Source: Antedon mediterranea (taxonomy: Eukaryota > Animalia > Echinodermata). Taken from it: 64,000 nucleotides of DNA. The DNA lies in assembly GCF_964355755.1 (NCBI RefSeq), contig NC_092670.1:23980795-24044794 (forward strand), given 5' to 3'. Every line of letters begins with the position of its first letter. Within the stretch, counting starts at the first letter, position 1. A program made the translations under genes and the position numbers. The notes under the pieces are model-generated. The model saw only the letters and a list, made by a program, of their open reading frames with translations. It did not search any database and was not told where the DNA came from. Shown piece by piece: positions 36,540 to 49,344 of the stretch.

Positions 36540-39479
36540 GAAATCATACACTTGCACAACATGGTGTTGTAACACTCCGTATAATAAACAATTTTTTAAA
36601 CAAGCCACTAAAACCCACATAAAAAAATAAAATGTATTATGACAATTGTTATCACTATTAACGATTCACCTGTATTATATAAGTATTATGTTAGTAAAAT
36701 GTTAATACATCAACTAATTTGGCATGTAAAACGACCTGCGCCAACATATTTTGACTTTATAGAAAAATAATATTGATATTATTGAGAAACGGAGAGAATA
36801 TTTATTCTATTTTGAGAACAAAAGAGGGGCGTGTTTCGTCCTCCTTTACCGTGCCACGCATCCTCTCTGTTCAATACGTTTACAAGTTGAGAACAACATT
36901 TTTCGTTTTCATAAAAACAATCTATCTTAAGACGAAATTCTTCTTTAACGAGTAAGTTTTTTTTGTGAGGTAACTCAGTTACAAATACAAATATTATACT
37001 TGACTATACTGTGGTAAAGTATAACAATCAACACTGCATACATCCTGCTTGAAATGTTTGTGTTGTATTAATATACACGTTGATGTAAATAAACTATTTT
37101 TTAAACTGGTACGGGTAGGCCTACATATGTAATTCATTGGAATTTGTCTAATATCATTTGTTGTAACATTAGTAACTCCCATGATATTTTAATTTGATGT
37201 TTGTTGAACAAACCGCATGCAGTATAGTAGGCCTATTTATAGTCCATGAAATATTAATACATACATTTCGATTTGATATAATTGAATAATTGGTTTATGA
37301 AATTGTATCTTTCGGTGTTAAGATTTGTTTAAAGAGGTCACTGTGATGGAGATAGATAGATCTGCATTATCAAACGGAACACTCACTGTGGTAGATGTAA
37401 ACAAAAATTTATCGGCTTCGTGTTAAAATTAAATTTGACTGGAACTTCAGGTGTCCAGTTCAGCCCCAAATACTGACAGAGTAGGAGACGACATTATATA
37501 TTAAAAGGGTATTTGTTAGTATACTATTCAAGCAAACGAGAAATGTTTGTTTGGCGCCAGGAGCGTCAAACGATCGATAATATAGAAGGATGAGAACGAA
37601 ATAGAGGGGAAATAGATCAGCTGCCTTGGTGAGGATAGAAAGGTGCAACGACGTACTTAACTACATTTACGGCACATTCTGACAATTCAAGCTTCGTATT
37701 TAGAAACGCCCAACGCCATTATTAGTGTATGTAATATACACTATAGGTAAGCAAAGCTTATCTAGGTAGGCCTACTCCTGTAGGCCTTACACAGGCATAC
37801 AATTCCCCATTTGTGCGACCCTGGAGCTATTTTTTTTCTGCATCGTATACGAAACTGCCTGCAAAGTTTGAAGGTAGTGTAAAATGAGGTACGTATTGGA
37901 CATGGGCAAAGCAAATTAATTTTACTAATCACAAGCGATATTTCAGTCAGTTGTGTCAACGTGATTGTTACGTTGCACATGACTGTACATCCTCACACGA
38001 GTCGCATTGCCTAGGCGACGGTCAGCTCATAAAAGGAGAAACACACGGTAAAAACTACGGAAACACAAAAGCACAATGTTAACGACTGTAGCTTTTACAA
38101 CACAGCTTGATGTTCGATGATAAAACTATTTAGGAATAATTGAACTGTATTTGATTGTCCATATTCTATTTGTCCTTGATGGATCATGATGTAGGTCAAA
38201 GATTATTGAGTAATAATCAAGATACAATCATAAATGGAAACATTTTATTATACGTCTTAGAACTGGTTTTATAGAAATAAAGAAAAGATAACTGTGACGT
38301 AAGCAATGACTTATAAAGCAATTTCACAATGTAATATGATAATATTATGCAATATGATAATATTATGCAATATAATAGGCCATATATTCGTTGCCATGGG
38401 TACATAATAACACCTCTGTATCTCATTGCGTATTTGTATAGTTTAATTGAATGATAACACTTGAGGAAATTCAGTCACTAACTATTTAAGATAAAATAGT
38501 TGCACGTCTGAGAAAAAAACATTTCTTATTAAACTGAAGTTGAAATTTCCTCATACTTCAAAATTAGGTAAAATATAATAAATTTAAATAACGCCTACGT
38601 TTATTCTGTATATTAATAAATATCGTTTGTCAGCTTTCCACCTAACGGGCATGTAACAAGCACGAAAGTAAAACAATATCTACACATTTTAAAAATAAAA
38701 TTTAAAACACAATACTTAATCTAGTATGAAGAAGTGAGGCCACAAAAGGTAATTAGAATTGAACGAAAAGTTGATTGATTCAACTCTTTTAGTATTCGAG
38801 TGAAAATGTCACTTTTTGACTCTAAAATAACGAGTTTTCACTCTTGTGTGTGATTAAAACTGTGTGCAATAATCGCTTGCATAGATAGTATGGTAATGAG
38901 TGAAAATCGTATAGTGGCTTTCACTCTCTTCAGAATCCTTAAGCACACCCCTCACAAGACTGACCATCCACTCTAATGCATGTTCACTCTACATTAACAA
39001 AGCATTGTTTTACCGCTATGCCTTATATGCAGTAATTAATCTTTCATGTACGAGTCAGAATAAAAGTGAATTATATCGTATAGAACGCAGGTAACTGAAT
39101 AATTATGCGCAAATTTATGATGCCCCATGGTGAATTTGCATTCAATTTCTCCGTGAATTAACTGATAATTTACAGTGTATTAAATTATAATCTAAAGCGC
39201 TCCCTTAGTAACACAGTGTGCAACATTAATATGCACGATTCGAAAAACACATGACAGAATTCTAGTATTAGTTTGTGTTTGTATGCATTGGATTTCGGCT
39301 CTTCTTTTAAATATTTTTAGGCCCTATATTTACTTATTTATTTTTTATAAATGTTAACTCAACAAGAATGCAGTTTGTTTTCGTTAAAGCTTCTTGGTTC
39401 CCACTAAGAACTAACACAAGAACGTATAAGGTCAGCGCACGTTGTGGTAAAATTACCTACGTTGCGGTTACGTCTCTAA

Positions 39480-39783
39480 AGCTTTATCTACACTTTCAAA
39501 CTTTATGTGTCAAAAAAATGTGATGTGCCCATATATGGACATGATGATGTCATATCACTACCATATTTAAGCATAGCACTACCATATATGGGCACATCAA
39601 ACTTTTTTGACACATAAAGTTTGATAGTGTAGACAAGGCTTTAAGTTCTGTCTGCACTATCAAACTTTATGTGAGAAAAAAAATGTGATGTGCCCATTTA
39701 TGGACATGATGACATCATATCACTCCATAGTTGTGCACATTACACTTGTTTTTTCAAACTATTTTGATAGTCTAGACAGAGCT
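39480..39783. mobile_element. Two tandem copies of MITE family B (TIR ~AGCTCTGTCTACACTATCAAAC), next to a truncated family A copy (~39387)
   Basis: 39480..39640 and 39644..39783 are separated by TTA. Long inverted symmetry: CTACACT.TCAAACTTTATGTGTCAAAAAA / TTTTTTGACACATAAAGTTTGATAGTGTAG. Confidence 0.88.
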
Positions 39784-40932
39784 TTTGTGAAACCCAAGCT
39801 TTATGTGTATGAAGATACATTGGTTAGCATGATTTTCGGCGATCAAAGAGGTACCAACTTGACGACGTTCGCGCGCGTGCATAATTACCAATATTATCCC
39901 TGGAATGATCAATAGCATCGTTGCATGTTTTTTTAGGATAATAGTGGTCAATCCGCGCCGTACGGCTGTATTCAGAGCTGCTGCTGTACTTTTCAACAAG
40001 TTATCATTCATTTTAATCGTGTGTGTATTTTGTAGTATCAGAAAATTTAAATTTGTTATAGGCATACATGGAAAACGGTAGCCTACAGCAAGTTGAGTGT
40101 AAATTGTAAGCAGTAATCCGCATGCGTACGTGTAGAGTGAAAAAGAACCACGATTCGTTTAACTTTTAAGAAGTATAGAGTAGGAGGCCTACAATTTAAA
40201 AGTACAAATTCCAATTTGAAATAAAAGTCGAGATACACATACCACTTTATAATTATTGTTTCTGTATTTTTGCCTATATTTTTTTTGGGTCTATTTCCAA
40301 ATGTTAGGCTGATTGAAAATTATTAAAACATTCCTAATCTTATTTATAAAATGATGTATCCGACCTACTGTACTTACATTTGTTGTTCGAACGCCGTCCT
40401 TTTCAACACACTTGCACTCTAGTATATCCGTGATGAGACGACGTATGATAGAAATTAATGATTATCCAATACATGGAAGAATGCTCTTTTGTATACGCTA
40501 AATAAGTACCAACAACAGCAGTCTCTTCTCACTAATTGCCGTCGCCGTCGTATACCAGACCAATTGCTATAGATGCTCAGATTCTCGGCACATTTGCTTA
40601 TAATGTTTGCAGACTACTGGCCGCGCATCAACGTTATCCAATCAAATCGCTTTATGAACATAAACTTGTGTTACAGTGTATGGAATATTCTATTTCTCGG
40701 CTGAGTTTTTACGTTAAGCATTCGAAGATATTTATGTTAGAAATAGAAGTGCGTTGTTGCTGTTCATGTCATTCGATAATATATCTATTATTACATTATA
40801 TGGGTTTATAACAGCTAGTTCACACGCAAAAAATCGTACAAAGCCAGCCTTTCTCCAGCTACGCCATGGTGATGTGAACATTTTTAATCCCACCCCTTAT
40901 AGAGGTGTGTGGTTAAAGGCGAATTTAAATCT

Positions 40933-41046
40933 AACAAGGCCATATACATGGCTCAAAATTTGAGTTAGTGTTTACCGACCGACCGACCGGACCAACCGAC
41001 GGACATAGTGAGCTGTAGGAGTCGCGTTTTTACCACACGACGAAAA
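40933..41046. mobile_element. Short HINE/DINE-1-like element
   Basis: AACAAGGCCATATACATGGCT...GTTAGTGTTT(ACCG)n...GACATAGTGAGCTGTAGGAGTCGCGT...ACACGACGAAAAA; homologous to 16993..17108. Confidence 0.6.
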
Positions 41047-41643
41047 ACCACGCGAATAAAAAAGGAAGTATAGGCCGCGCCTAAAACTTATTTAAGAAAT
41101 CCAAAAGAAATCAGTTCGCGCGGTGTTATTAATAACGATTCTTCAGGATGGTCATTATTGCTCTGTTATTTAATTGGATTGAATAATCGTTCATTACCAC
41201 ACGATGTATGTTTGAAAATATAATTGAAGAGAAGAATAAAAATACACGCAAAACAAATTGTAATTTAACTCTACCCTGGTGTGTATGTGTATTATGATAT
41301 ACAATGCTACGGGCCAAACAGACGATAGGCCTAATTATATAATTATAAAAAAAACTTTATAATATTTTGAGGGCGCACGATAAGTTTAGATAAAATTGGA
41401 ATAACATACATATGGAACGCCATAATAGCCATATCATTATTTTCTTTATGAGCCAAACACAGTAGTATTTTGTCATACTTTGCGTTCCATAATTAAATCG
41501 AAGGGAGGAAATCATAACACGGAGTTTCTGCTGTGTGAAAATTGTTGGGCTTCGGCCTAGCCTAGTCTAGAATTTAGTTTAGTTTGCCAACTTACCAGAG
41601 ACGAACCACTTGAATTATTTATTTTGATGTAAATAACTCAATT

Positions 41644-41733
41644 ATGAGTGCGATTGACTTGAAAGACCAAGGCAACAGATTTTATAGCGCCAGGAAATAC
41701 GATGAAGCAATATCATGCTACTCGAAGGCCATC
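41644..41733 (+). CDS. STUB1: E3 ubiquitin ligase CHIP, coding exon 1 (TPR1)
   Basis: MSAIDLKDQGNRFYSARKYDEAISCYSKAI; donor ATC|GTGAGT, phase 0; in-frame TGA upstream at 41611. Confidence 0.95.
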
Positions 41734-43105
41734 GTGAGTCACTCGCTCCCCACAAATACTCGTTCTTGGCCTAACAGTGCTGTAGGGATGACAGGGCCTA
41801 GGCCTACTGTAGCTAGCCTAGACTTAGTTTAGCTTTTAACGTTTTTTAGCCTTACGGTCTGTCACTTATAAGGTGCTACTGCACTTTCGTGCTTAAAAAT
41901 ATTAAAAAATATTCACCCGCTACGTAGGCTAGTACAGTGGTGATGGTGAGTGACTGTGTTTGTGAAGTCTTTTTTTATTAGGCCTACCATATAAATTAAA
42001 TAAAAATTTTATGATGGACAGTTTTAGGTGCGAAAGTGCTGTAGCGCCTTTCATTCGACAAGCCTGCTGTCTTCTCGCAAAAGTAAAAAGAATATAAATA
42101 GCATGTGAATATATAAACAAATTGGAATAAAAAGATTCTTAGTTTTGGTTATTTCTTCATTGCATCGTGTGGAATATTTTACAAAAATTCTACATCAAAA
42201 GTCGAGTTAACAATTAATGCAAAATGCGCCCCTGCACTGTATTCAATAATGTGCATGTTATTACAATAGAATTCCAATTCAATAGTTCCTGGGTATACTA
42301 TGTGCTATGGGGGGGGGGGGGGGCTACGGGGGCTCTATCTCCCTTGTCGGGGAGCCTAGCTCCCCCCGTCGGGGAACACGGGTACTTTTTGTCGGGGAAT
42401 ATAATATACAGTAAAAAACGTTCGCGTTCACTTCATATAGCTTCAGCGAAGACCAAAATGTGTACTGTAGTTATTTTCCAGGCGAAGTTTACTGACGGTT
42501 ACGTCGTGTACTGCGTCGACGTACGCTACACTACAGCAAAAACGAATTATGTTAATTGTTCGTATGTTCACCAATTTTTTTAATTTACAAGTAACATTCT
42601 GTACCGTGGGGCACCTAAAATAAATTTTTCATCCATTACTAAACAAAAAAACATGCCATTTTCGCTTAGCCAACATCTTATTATAGCTAAGTTATTACAT
42701 TTTCAATGTCCTGTATGTCATGAATTTCTCACCACTCGGAAGTCCAGATGGTACGCATGCATACACTTGGGAGGAATAAACTTATTTCCCTGACTGAAAA
42801 AGTTCTACGCTTGCGTTTTTTAAGCCTCTATGCCTGATGTTTCCGAAGTATAAAATGCAATTTTTTTGAAGACCTGCAGCTCTAGTTTTAAACAGTTTCT
42901 TAGCTCAGCCCCAACAATAAAGCTGGTCATATTTCGAAGTACAAGAAGTGCATTTTCCGGGACCTAACATCTCTATTTTTCAAACATTTCTTAGCTCAGT
43001 CACAACCTTGATAGGGACTTATATATTTTATTTCATGTTTTGAAGTATAATAAGTCCAATTTCCGGGACCTCCAACTCTATTTTTCTAAATTTTCTTTGA
43101 ACTTT

Positions 43106-44800
43106 CAGGCCTCGAATTTGGGGATTTTAGGGGCAAGGCCATTTGGCCTCCGGTTTTCATTGATTTTAGAGGCACCAAGGCCAAATGGGAGGGCACCAAG
43201 GCCATTTGTTTTAAATCGAAGGGGCACCAAGGCCAAAATTAAAAAATATTGTAATAAATAGGCCAAAATTAAAAAATAGCTTGTTTCCGGTTGAAAAAAA
43301 AAAAATTCTACCTGCAAAATGTTTCTCCCTATTCATCAGATTGCGTAGTAGTAGGACTGTCTACAATACATCTTTTTGTATTTCATATAAATATTACGTG
43401 TATTTACGATCCATATAAATAATAAATAGGTACGATGTTCAGCGTTTATAGTTTACCGTCCTGTGTTGAATGTTTCGTTTAGTTTCAAATAATGCGATAA
43501 AAAGGCACGTGAAGCCAACCAAGAAACCCCAGAACAGGTATAAAGACCCTTACAACAGCAAGCTACTCAGCCTTACTTTGCTAGCAGCCGACGGAGAAAA
43601 CATGATACAAAAACAATTTGTTTGTAGGCCTTACCTACAACTATTCATACACAGAGTGTTAACCACGGTAAAAATCAAGCCAATGACATTATGTAGTAGA
43701 ATATAAATTATAGTTATTTTCCGAGTTTCGATTTCTGAAGCTTTTTTGTTAGGGGATAATCCATATTTTTAAGAATTCAAAACACGGACGGACACCGACC
43801 CCTTTCTCTCTCTCTGTTTAGCCTTCTACACATGTATTGTGGACTATACCATTTCCTTGAGTTCGGTAAAAACGCGTTTGGTAATTTAGTGTACGACGTT
43901 GTTAAACAAGATTTTTCGATGATCTGTCTGCTGGATTATTGAGATGGGTGCGATAAAATATAAATATGATAATACTTCCAACGATCTTCGGGTTGAGGTG
44001 CAGGTTTAACTTTGGTGCTAAAAGTAAACACCCCTAATTTTACACGTATAATGGACTACACCATGCAGGAAAGCACATGGTATTTTCTTATCAGAGGGTG
44101 CGTGTACGTCAAAAGGAATTGTTTTTCCAACGATCCCATCCTTCGCGTGACGTGTACGTACGTACTTAATTACACAGACATCGTGTGTGAAATTTCTTAT
44201 CAGAGAGGGTGCGTGTGCGTCAAATAGAATTGTTTTCCCAATGAATTGAATTGCGTGTGTTCGACCGGATCGGCGGCGGGAGGATAGGCTAGGCTAGCTA
44301 GGAGTGCGTGTAATCGAATGTGGCTAGCTCGATTATTGAGGTGGGGTGGTGCAACTTTAATACTTTCAGTAACCTCCGATCGAGGAACGTTTTTAGCTTG
44401 ATTATTAAAAGTGTACACCCCTGTATTTTAATGTACTATCTATACCATGATTTTCCACGCACGGCGGCCGGGATGATATTGTTTTGGTTACACAATGTTC
44501 GATGTTTTGTTTCCTGTTTGTGTATTAATAAATGCGTTTAGGGAAATCCCCTTGCAACGAAGACAGGCGATAGTTTTGCGTCTCGTCCGAGTCGTGTAAA
44601 AAAATCTTCTTGACATTATTTTCTATCTAATTCAGTGGTTTTTATTGTGGTAAAACTCGGGAAGGGCACTCACGGCCAACGCAAAAAAAAGGGCAGGCCA
44701 GTAGTGGCCGTGGGTGCTATTCATTTTCGAGGGCATTGAGGCCAACTGGGAGGGCACCGACGGCACTGGCCGCGGTGGCCGCGGTAAAATTCGAGGCCTG
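43106..44800. mobile_element. 1.7-kb non-autonomous hAT-like DNA transposon in STUB1 intron 1
   Basis: Perfect 14-bp TIRs CAGGCCTCGAATTT / AAATTCGAGGCCTG, subterminal GGCACCAAGGCCA repeats, and flanking direct repeat AACTTT (43100-43105, 44801-44806). No transposase seen. Confidence 0.9.
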
Positions 44801-44911
44801 AACTTTTATTTTTTAAATTGAAAAATATGGATTGAAACAGTCATCGCGCATTGTTTTTTTGCACGCAGTATTTTATTTATGCATTATAAAAAATGAAAAA
44901 AATGGCTACCC

Positions 44912-45010
44912 CAGGGCTCGAAATTTACTTTTTTTTCGACTAGCAAACTTTGCTAGTTGTAAAAAAATTAACAAGCAAAATCAGCAGCATAACTAGCAAT
45001 CACAATTTTT
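44912..45010. mobile_element. Orphan left end of a related hAT-like element
   Basis: CAGGGCTCGAAATT followed by repeated (CT)AGCAA motifs; no matching right TIR found. Confidence 0.5.
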
Positions 45011-45384
45011 TTTTTTTTCGTGCAAACAAATTTGCCTAGCGGAAAATCAGATTAATTGCCTACCTTCTTTCCCCCTAAAAAATAAAAAAATTAACGTCTT
45101 CAAGTTCTTTGTGTGTCATATCCTATGAAAAAAAACTACAGTATTTACAATACAAACGAATGCATTTAACCATACTATTGATAATGATTTCATTAAATAG
45201 GTCGTTGTTTACTTCATTGATAGTGATATTAATTAACAAATTGAAAACTATAAGCTAGTGTTGTGGTATTAGTTAATTACACTTATATAAGTTTGAACTT
45301 ATATAATCTGTTTTCAAAATGTTAAGTAGTACTAGTCGTACTGTAGGTTTTTTTTTTATAGTAGTTGGTCTACCGTCAATGTAA

Positions 45385-46723
45385 TTTACCTCCGCCAAGG
45401 AGGTATATGTAATCCGTAACGTGTGTTTGTTACTTGGCCAAATTGAAAATTGGCCAAGTATGTTGATTGGGTGGGTTTGTGTGTTTGTTTATTTTTCATC
45501 ACTCTAGCGCTCACAATTTTGATTCAAATGACTCCTAATTACTACCATACATGTCTCCTGATGCAAGGACGACACTGCCTAATTTTGGTTAAAATCCGGA
45601 CCACAATCCCAATTCTCGACCACTTTTTAGAATTATGTTCAGACCTCCTAGTGTTAAAAGATAGGACAGAATTTTCAAAAGCCGGTGAGCAGCTGAGTCT
45701 TAAAGTAACAAGTAAACTAAAACTGCATTTTCTCGAGAACTACTTGTCCAAAAAACTTCATTTTTGTACAAGAGGCATGAGTTATAATTTGTGATTTGTA
45801 ACTTTAAAACTTAATTAGATTTAATAAACAGATTTTTTGATGCGAATAGTTTAAAAAACCTATTTCTTTTCAAATTCACCCGTGTGTTTTTTCACGTTGC
45901 TGTTGTATTGTTTTTCGACTGAAGCTATTGTTAGTTGAAAGGCTGGTTACATAACCTTTGTTCACCAAACTCGTATCCACGATTGTAGTGAAATTAGGCT
46001 AAATCACACAGCATTAAGACACACACTTTTGGTGAAAATCGGGTCACGGTCAGGAGGCCAATTTTGATTTGGCCAAGTATCGCGCTAGCGCGAGGGCTAG
46101 TTTGTTTGTTAGCAGGATTACTCAATAATAGTAATAAGATCTTTACCAAAATGAATATACAGATAGATATGTGGTCAAGGACCATTCCATTAAATTTAGG
46201 GTTTATTTGGGACCATCGTCCCAATTCTGGACCACTTTTTTAGTACAGTATACTTTTCAGACCTGCTAGTGTTAAAAGATAGGACAGAATTTTTCAAAAG
46301 CCGGCGAGCAGTCTTAAAGTAACAAGTAAACTGAAATTGCATTTTCTCGAGAACTACTTGTCCAAAAAACTTCATTTTTCAAGAGGCAAGAGTTATAATT
46401 TGTAATTTTAAAACATATTTTGATTTAATGTGCACCTTTTTTGATGCGAGTAGTTTAAAAAACCTATTTCTTTTCAAATTCACTCGTTTGATTTTTGCGT
46501 TGCTGTTCTATTGTTAGTCAACTGAAGCTATTGTTAATTGAAAGGCTTGTTACATAACCATTACACCAAACTCGCATACACATGCTTGTAGTGAAATTAG
46601 CCTAAATCACAAACAGCATTAAGACACACACAAATATATATTTTTTTTTTTTACCGGAGAAATCTTATGTAGAACAATTTTACAGTAGGCTGAGGTATGC
46701 ACTCTCGGAGTGGCTTTCTGGTT
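45385..46723 (+). mobile_element. Non-autonomous Helentron (HINE) with an internal ~0.6-kb tandem duplication
   Basis: 5' TTTACCTCCGCCAAGGAGGTA (subTIR plus hairpin) and GTTT-rich tract; two similar units (~45437-46070, ~46076-46632); 3' GGCTGAGGTA subTIR, stem-loop CACTC-tcg-GAGTG, then TTTCTGGTTT. Confidence 0.8.
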
Positions 46724-46792
46724 TACTATTTAATTTGTCGTAATAATTTTGCTTTTACATTGTTTATTTATATTGTAATAGTGAACCACTTA

Positions 46793-47192
46793 GGGTATGT
46801 TCAGACTCACAGAATTAGGTTTGTTAACGCAAGGCGTACAATAATCCATGGTGTCACGTCAAGGTGTTCAGACACAACATTTAACATTACAATGCTTTGC
46901 GTTTATAAAACATTGGGTCTAAGCAGGTAGAACTAACTGTATGCATACATTTATGACAAACGCATTACAGTTTACATTGTAAAGTAGTGTTTTGTTATTT
47001 TTATTTATTTAATGTTACCTTCAAAATATACTGATTTGTTTTACTACTTGCAGCATTGCATTCTACTTCAAAATAATTTAAAACATAATTATTACAAGGA
47101 CAATTATCTCCCTAACGCTAATCTGCGGCCTAGTTCAGACACAAAAATATGTACGCCACTTACATAACGCCAGTCTGAACATACAGTAACCC
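46793..47192. mobile_element. PIF/Harbinger-like MITE with TTA target duplication
   Basis: TTA|GGGTATGTTCAGACT ... AGTCTGAACATA(cagtaa)CCC|TTA. Confidence 0.75.
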
Positions 47193-47348
47193 TTAGTAAA
47201 TATTACTGATTTGGCACAGAAAGGCTATAGGCACAGTCAACTTTGCATGTATTAAATTGTTTTCTGTCGGCAAGGTTGGCCGTGCCAATCACTGAATCAT
47301 CAATTATTATATAATCTATTTTTAATCTTTTCTTTGTATCTTTTTCAG

Positions 47349-47547
47349 ATTAAAAATCAATCTTTCCCAGCATTATTTACAAATCGTGCACTATGTTATG
47401 TCAAGTTAAAAAAATGGACGGATGCAGCGAAGGACTGTCGACAGGCCATAGAGATGGACCAAACACTGGTCAAAGGTCACTTCTTTCTTGGACAAGCCTT
47501 GCTTGAGAAGGGTATGCACGATGAAGCTATAACAAGTCTTAAAAAAG
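47349..47547 (+). CDS. STUB1: CHIP coding exon 2 (TPR2-3), 199 nt
   Basis: TTTTTCAG|ATT; IKNQSFPALFTNRALCYVKLKKW...LVKGHFFLGQALLEKGMHDEAITSLKK; donor G|GTGAGT, phase 1. Confidence 0.96.
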
Positions 47548-47699
47548 GTGAGTTCAAATGCTGCTATACAAATTACTTTATATTTGAACTATTTTTACGT
47601 CTCATCGAGTGTTTAAAGTTACAGGGGCGCTGCAAACCATAGCGATAAAATCGGCGAAGGTTTAGGGCTCTCCTCAACCACAGCTCTGGTGGTACTTTA

Positions 47700-48140
47700 G
47701 AACAAGAACTTAAAACTGGCTTGTGTGCAATTCAAAGAATTAGTGCATCTTTCAGAATACCTTTGCACTGCATTTAATAATAATGTTTGTATTTACAATA
47801 GAATTCCATTAGTACTTCCTGGTTATACTACGTGCCTCACTTTATTTATACCCAGGCTTTGGCAGACTACAGTAGCTCAGGCCTCAAACAGTAGCCTGGT
47901 ACAAGTCTCTTTGAACAAGAACTTAAAACTGGAAATTCAGTATACATCTGGCTTGTGTGCACTTTAAAGAATCGAAAAATTTGGGTTAGTGTACCGGTCC
48001 ATCTCGGCCCCTGTTATTCATGGTACACAGGTGCTGCACTGCACCTGCCGTGGGTCTGTAGAGGGCTTAATCCACAATGTAATATAAAAACCTAATGTGT
48101 GCCTGGCACTGCATTCAGTGCGGTACTGTATGTCGCTCAC
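47700..48140 (+). mobile_element. Decayed Deu/Nin-type SINE remnants with a local duplication
   Basis: GAACAAGAACTTAAAACTGG...CTTGTGTGCA(A/C)TT(C/T)AAAGAAT occurs twice (~47700, ~47913) and resembles 53925-54015. Confidence 0.45.
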
Positions 48141-49344
48141 AGTTCACGTACAGTAGAACTATTTTGGAAATTAATTGGAATTAGCGCAAACATTCTGAAA
48201 ACATTTTTCAATGCAGCTCATTGAATCTCAATAACCCCTTTTGCAGACCACGCCTAGAATGAATAGCAAAGTACATAGTATAGTACCACCATGGTAGAAT
48301 AGAAGATTAAGATGATATCAGTGTGAAACACCAATCATTTAAAAAACGTTTTAGTTCATCAAGACAAATGAATTAAAATTAAACTCTCTTTATCTATATA
48401 TTTGCTATTTGTACGGTAAAATGCTAGATGTACAGTATTTAAAATGTTACGTGAATGTTGGGTAGCAAACAAATTTGATTCCTCTTCCTCGTAAATACAA
48501 CTTCAAAAGGAATCGAGCGATCTTCTAAACATGAGAAGAAATCTTTTAAATCATGAACTCAGTCGATGAACCCTATTAACAATTGCTCAAACTAGCCACG
48601 GGGGATGTATTAAACTATTCAGTACAACTACAAAACACTAAAAGAAATTTTTTGCTTTATCATTTGAATGTATCTCCTCATCTGGGGACATTTTGAAATC
48701 CTTGTTGTGTCCAACCAACGCTTTTATCTGTCTTAACGTTAGATTTAACCGTTGATAACAAATCTATTGATGAAGTCAGTCTCTTTTTTTCTCTCTTTTT
48801 ATATTGGCAAATTTCATCGGAAAAGCTGTCAGATATTAATAACTTTATTTTTTTTTATCTGCGGAAGTGTTGTTAAGCTGTTGTTAATTTTACATTCAAA
48901 AGGTACTTTTTATACAGGGTACAGTGCATGTCTTGTTTCATTTAGAAGGAATATTTACTACTGTACATTAAAATAGTACTTTAACTAATATTTTATAAAA
49001 TGTACACAGTTAGAATCATACTTGTCTACAACAATTTAATAACTGAGCATTTATGGCGAATGTTGTACCCGATAAATGATGGGTATGGAAAGCTCAAGGT
49101 GAAAAAAATGTTATTCAACTCTTACCTCAATCTGCATTAAACTTCATTGATGTTTTTATGAATGTGAAACAAAACGATTTTCTCAACTTTATTTTGAAAT
49201 GCATTCCCATACTTAAAGATTTATTTCATGACCTTACCATGCAATAACATAAATGATGATATACAGTAATATGTACTGTGTAATTAGACTCGGCATTAGG
49301 CATCATGTGGGTCTACCAGTAGGAGTTTGGCTTATTATCTTAAA

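Noticed and set aside
42224-42583. 119-aa ORF and G15 tract
   Set aside because: Lies in a transposon-end-like sequence and has no protein features.
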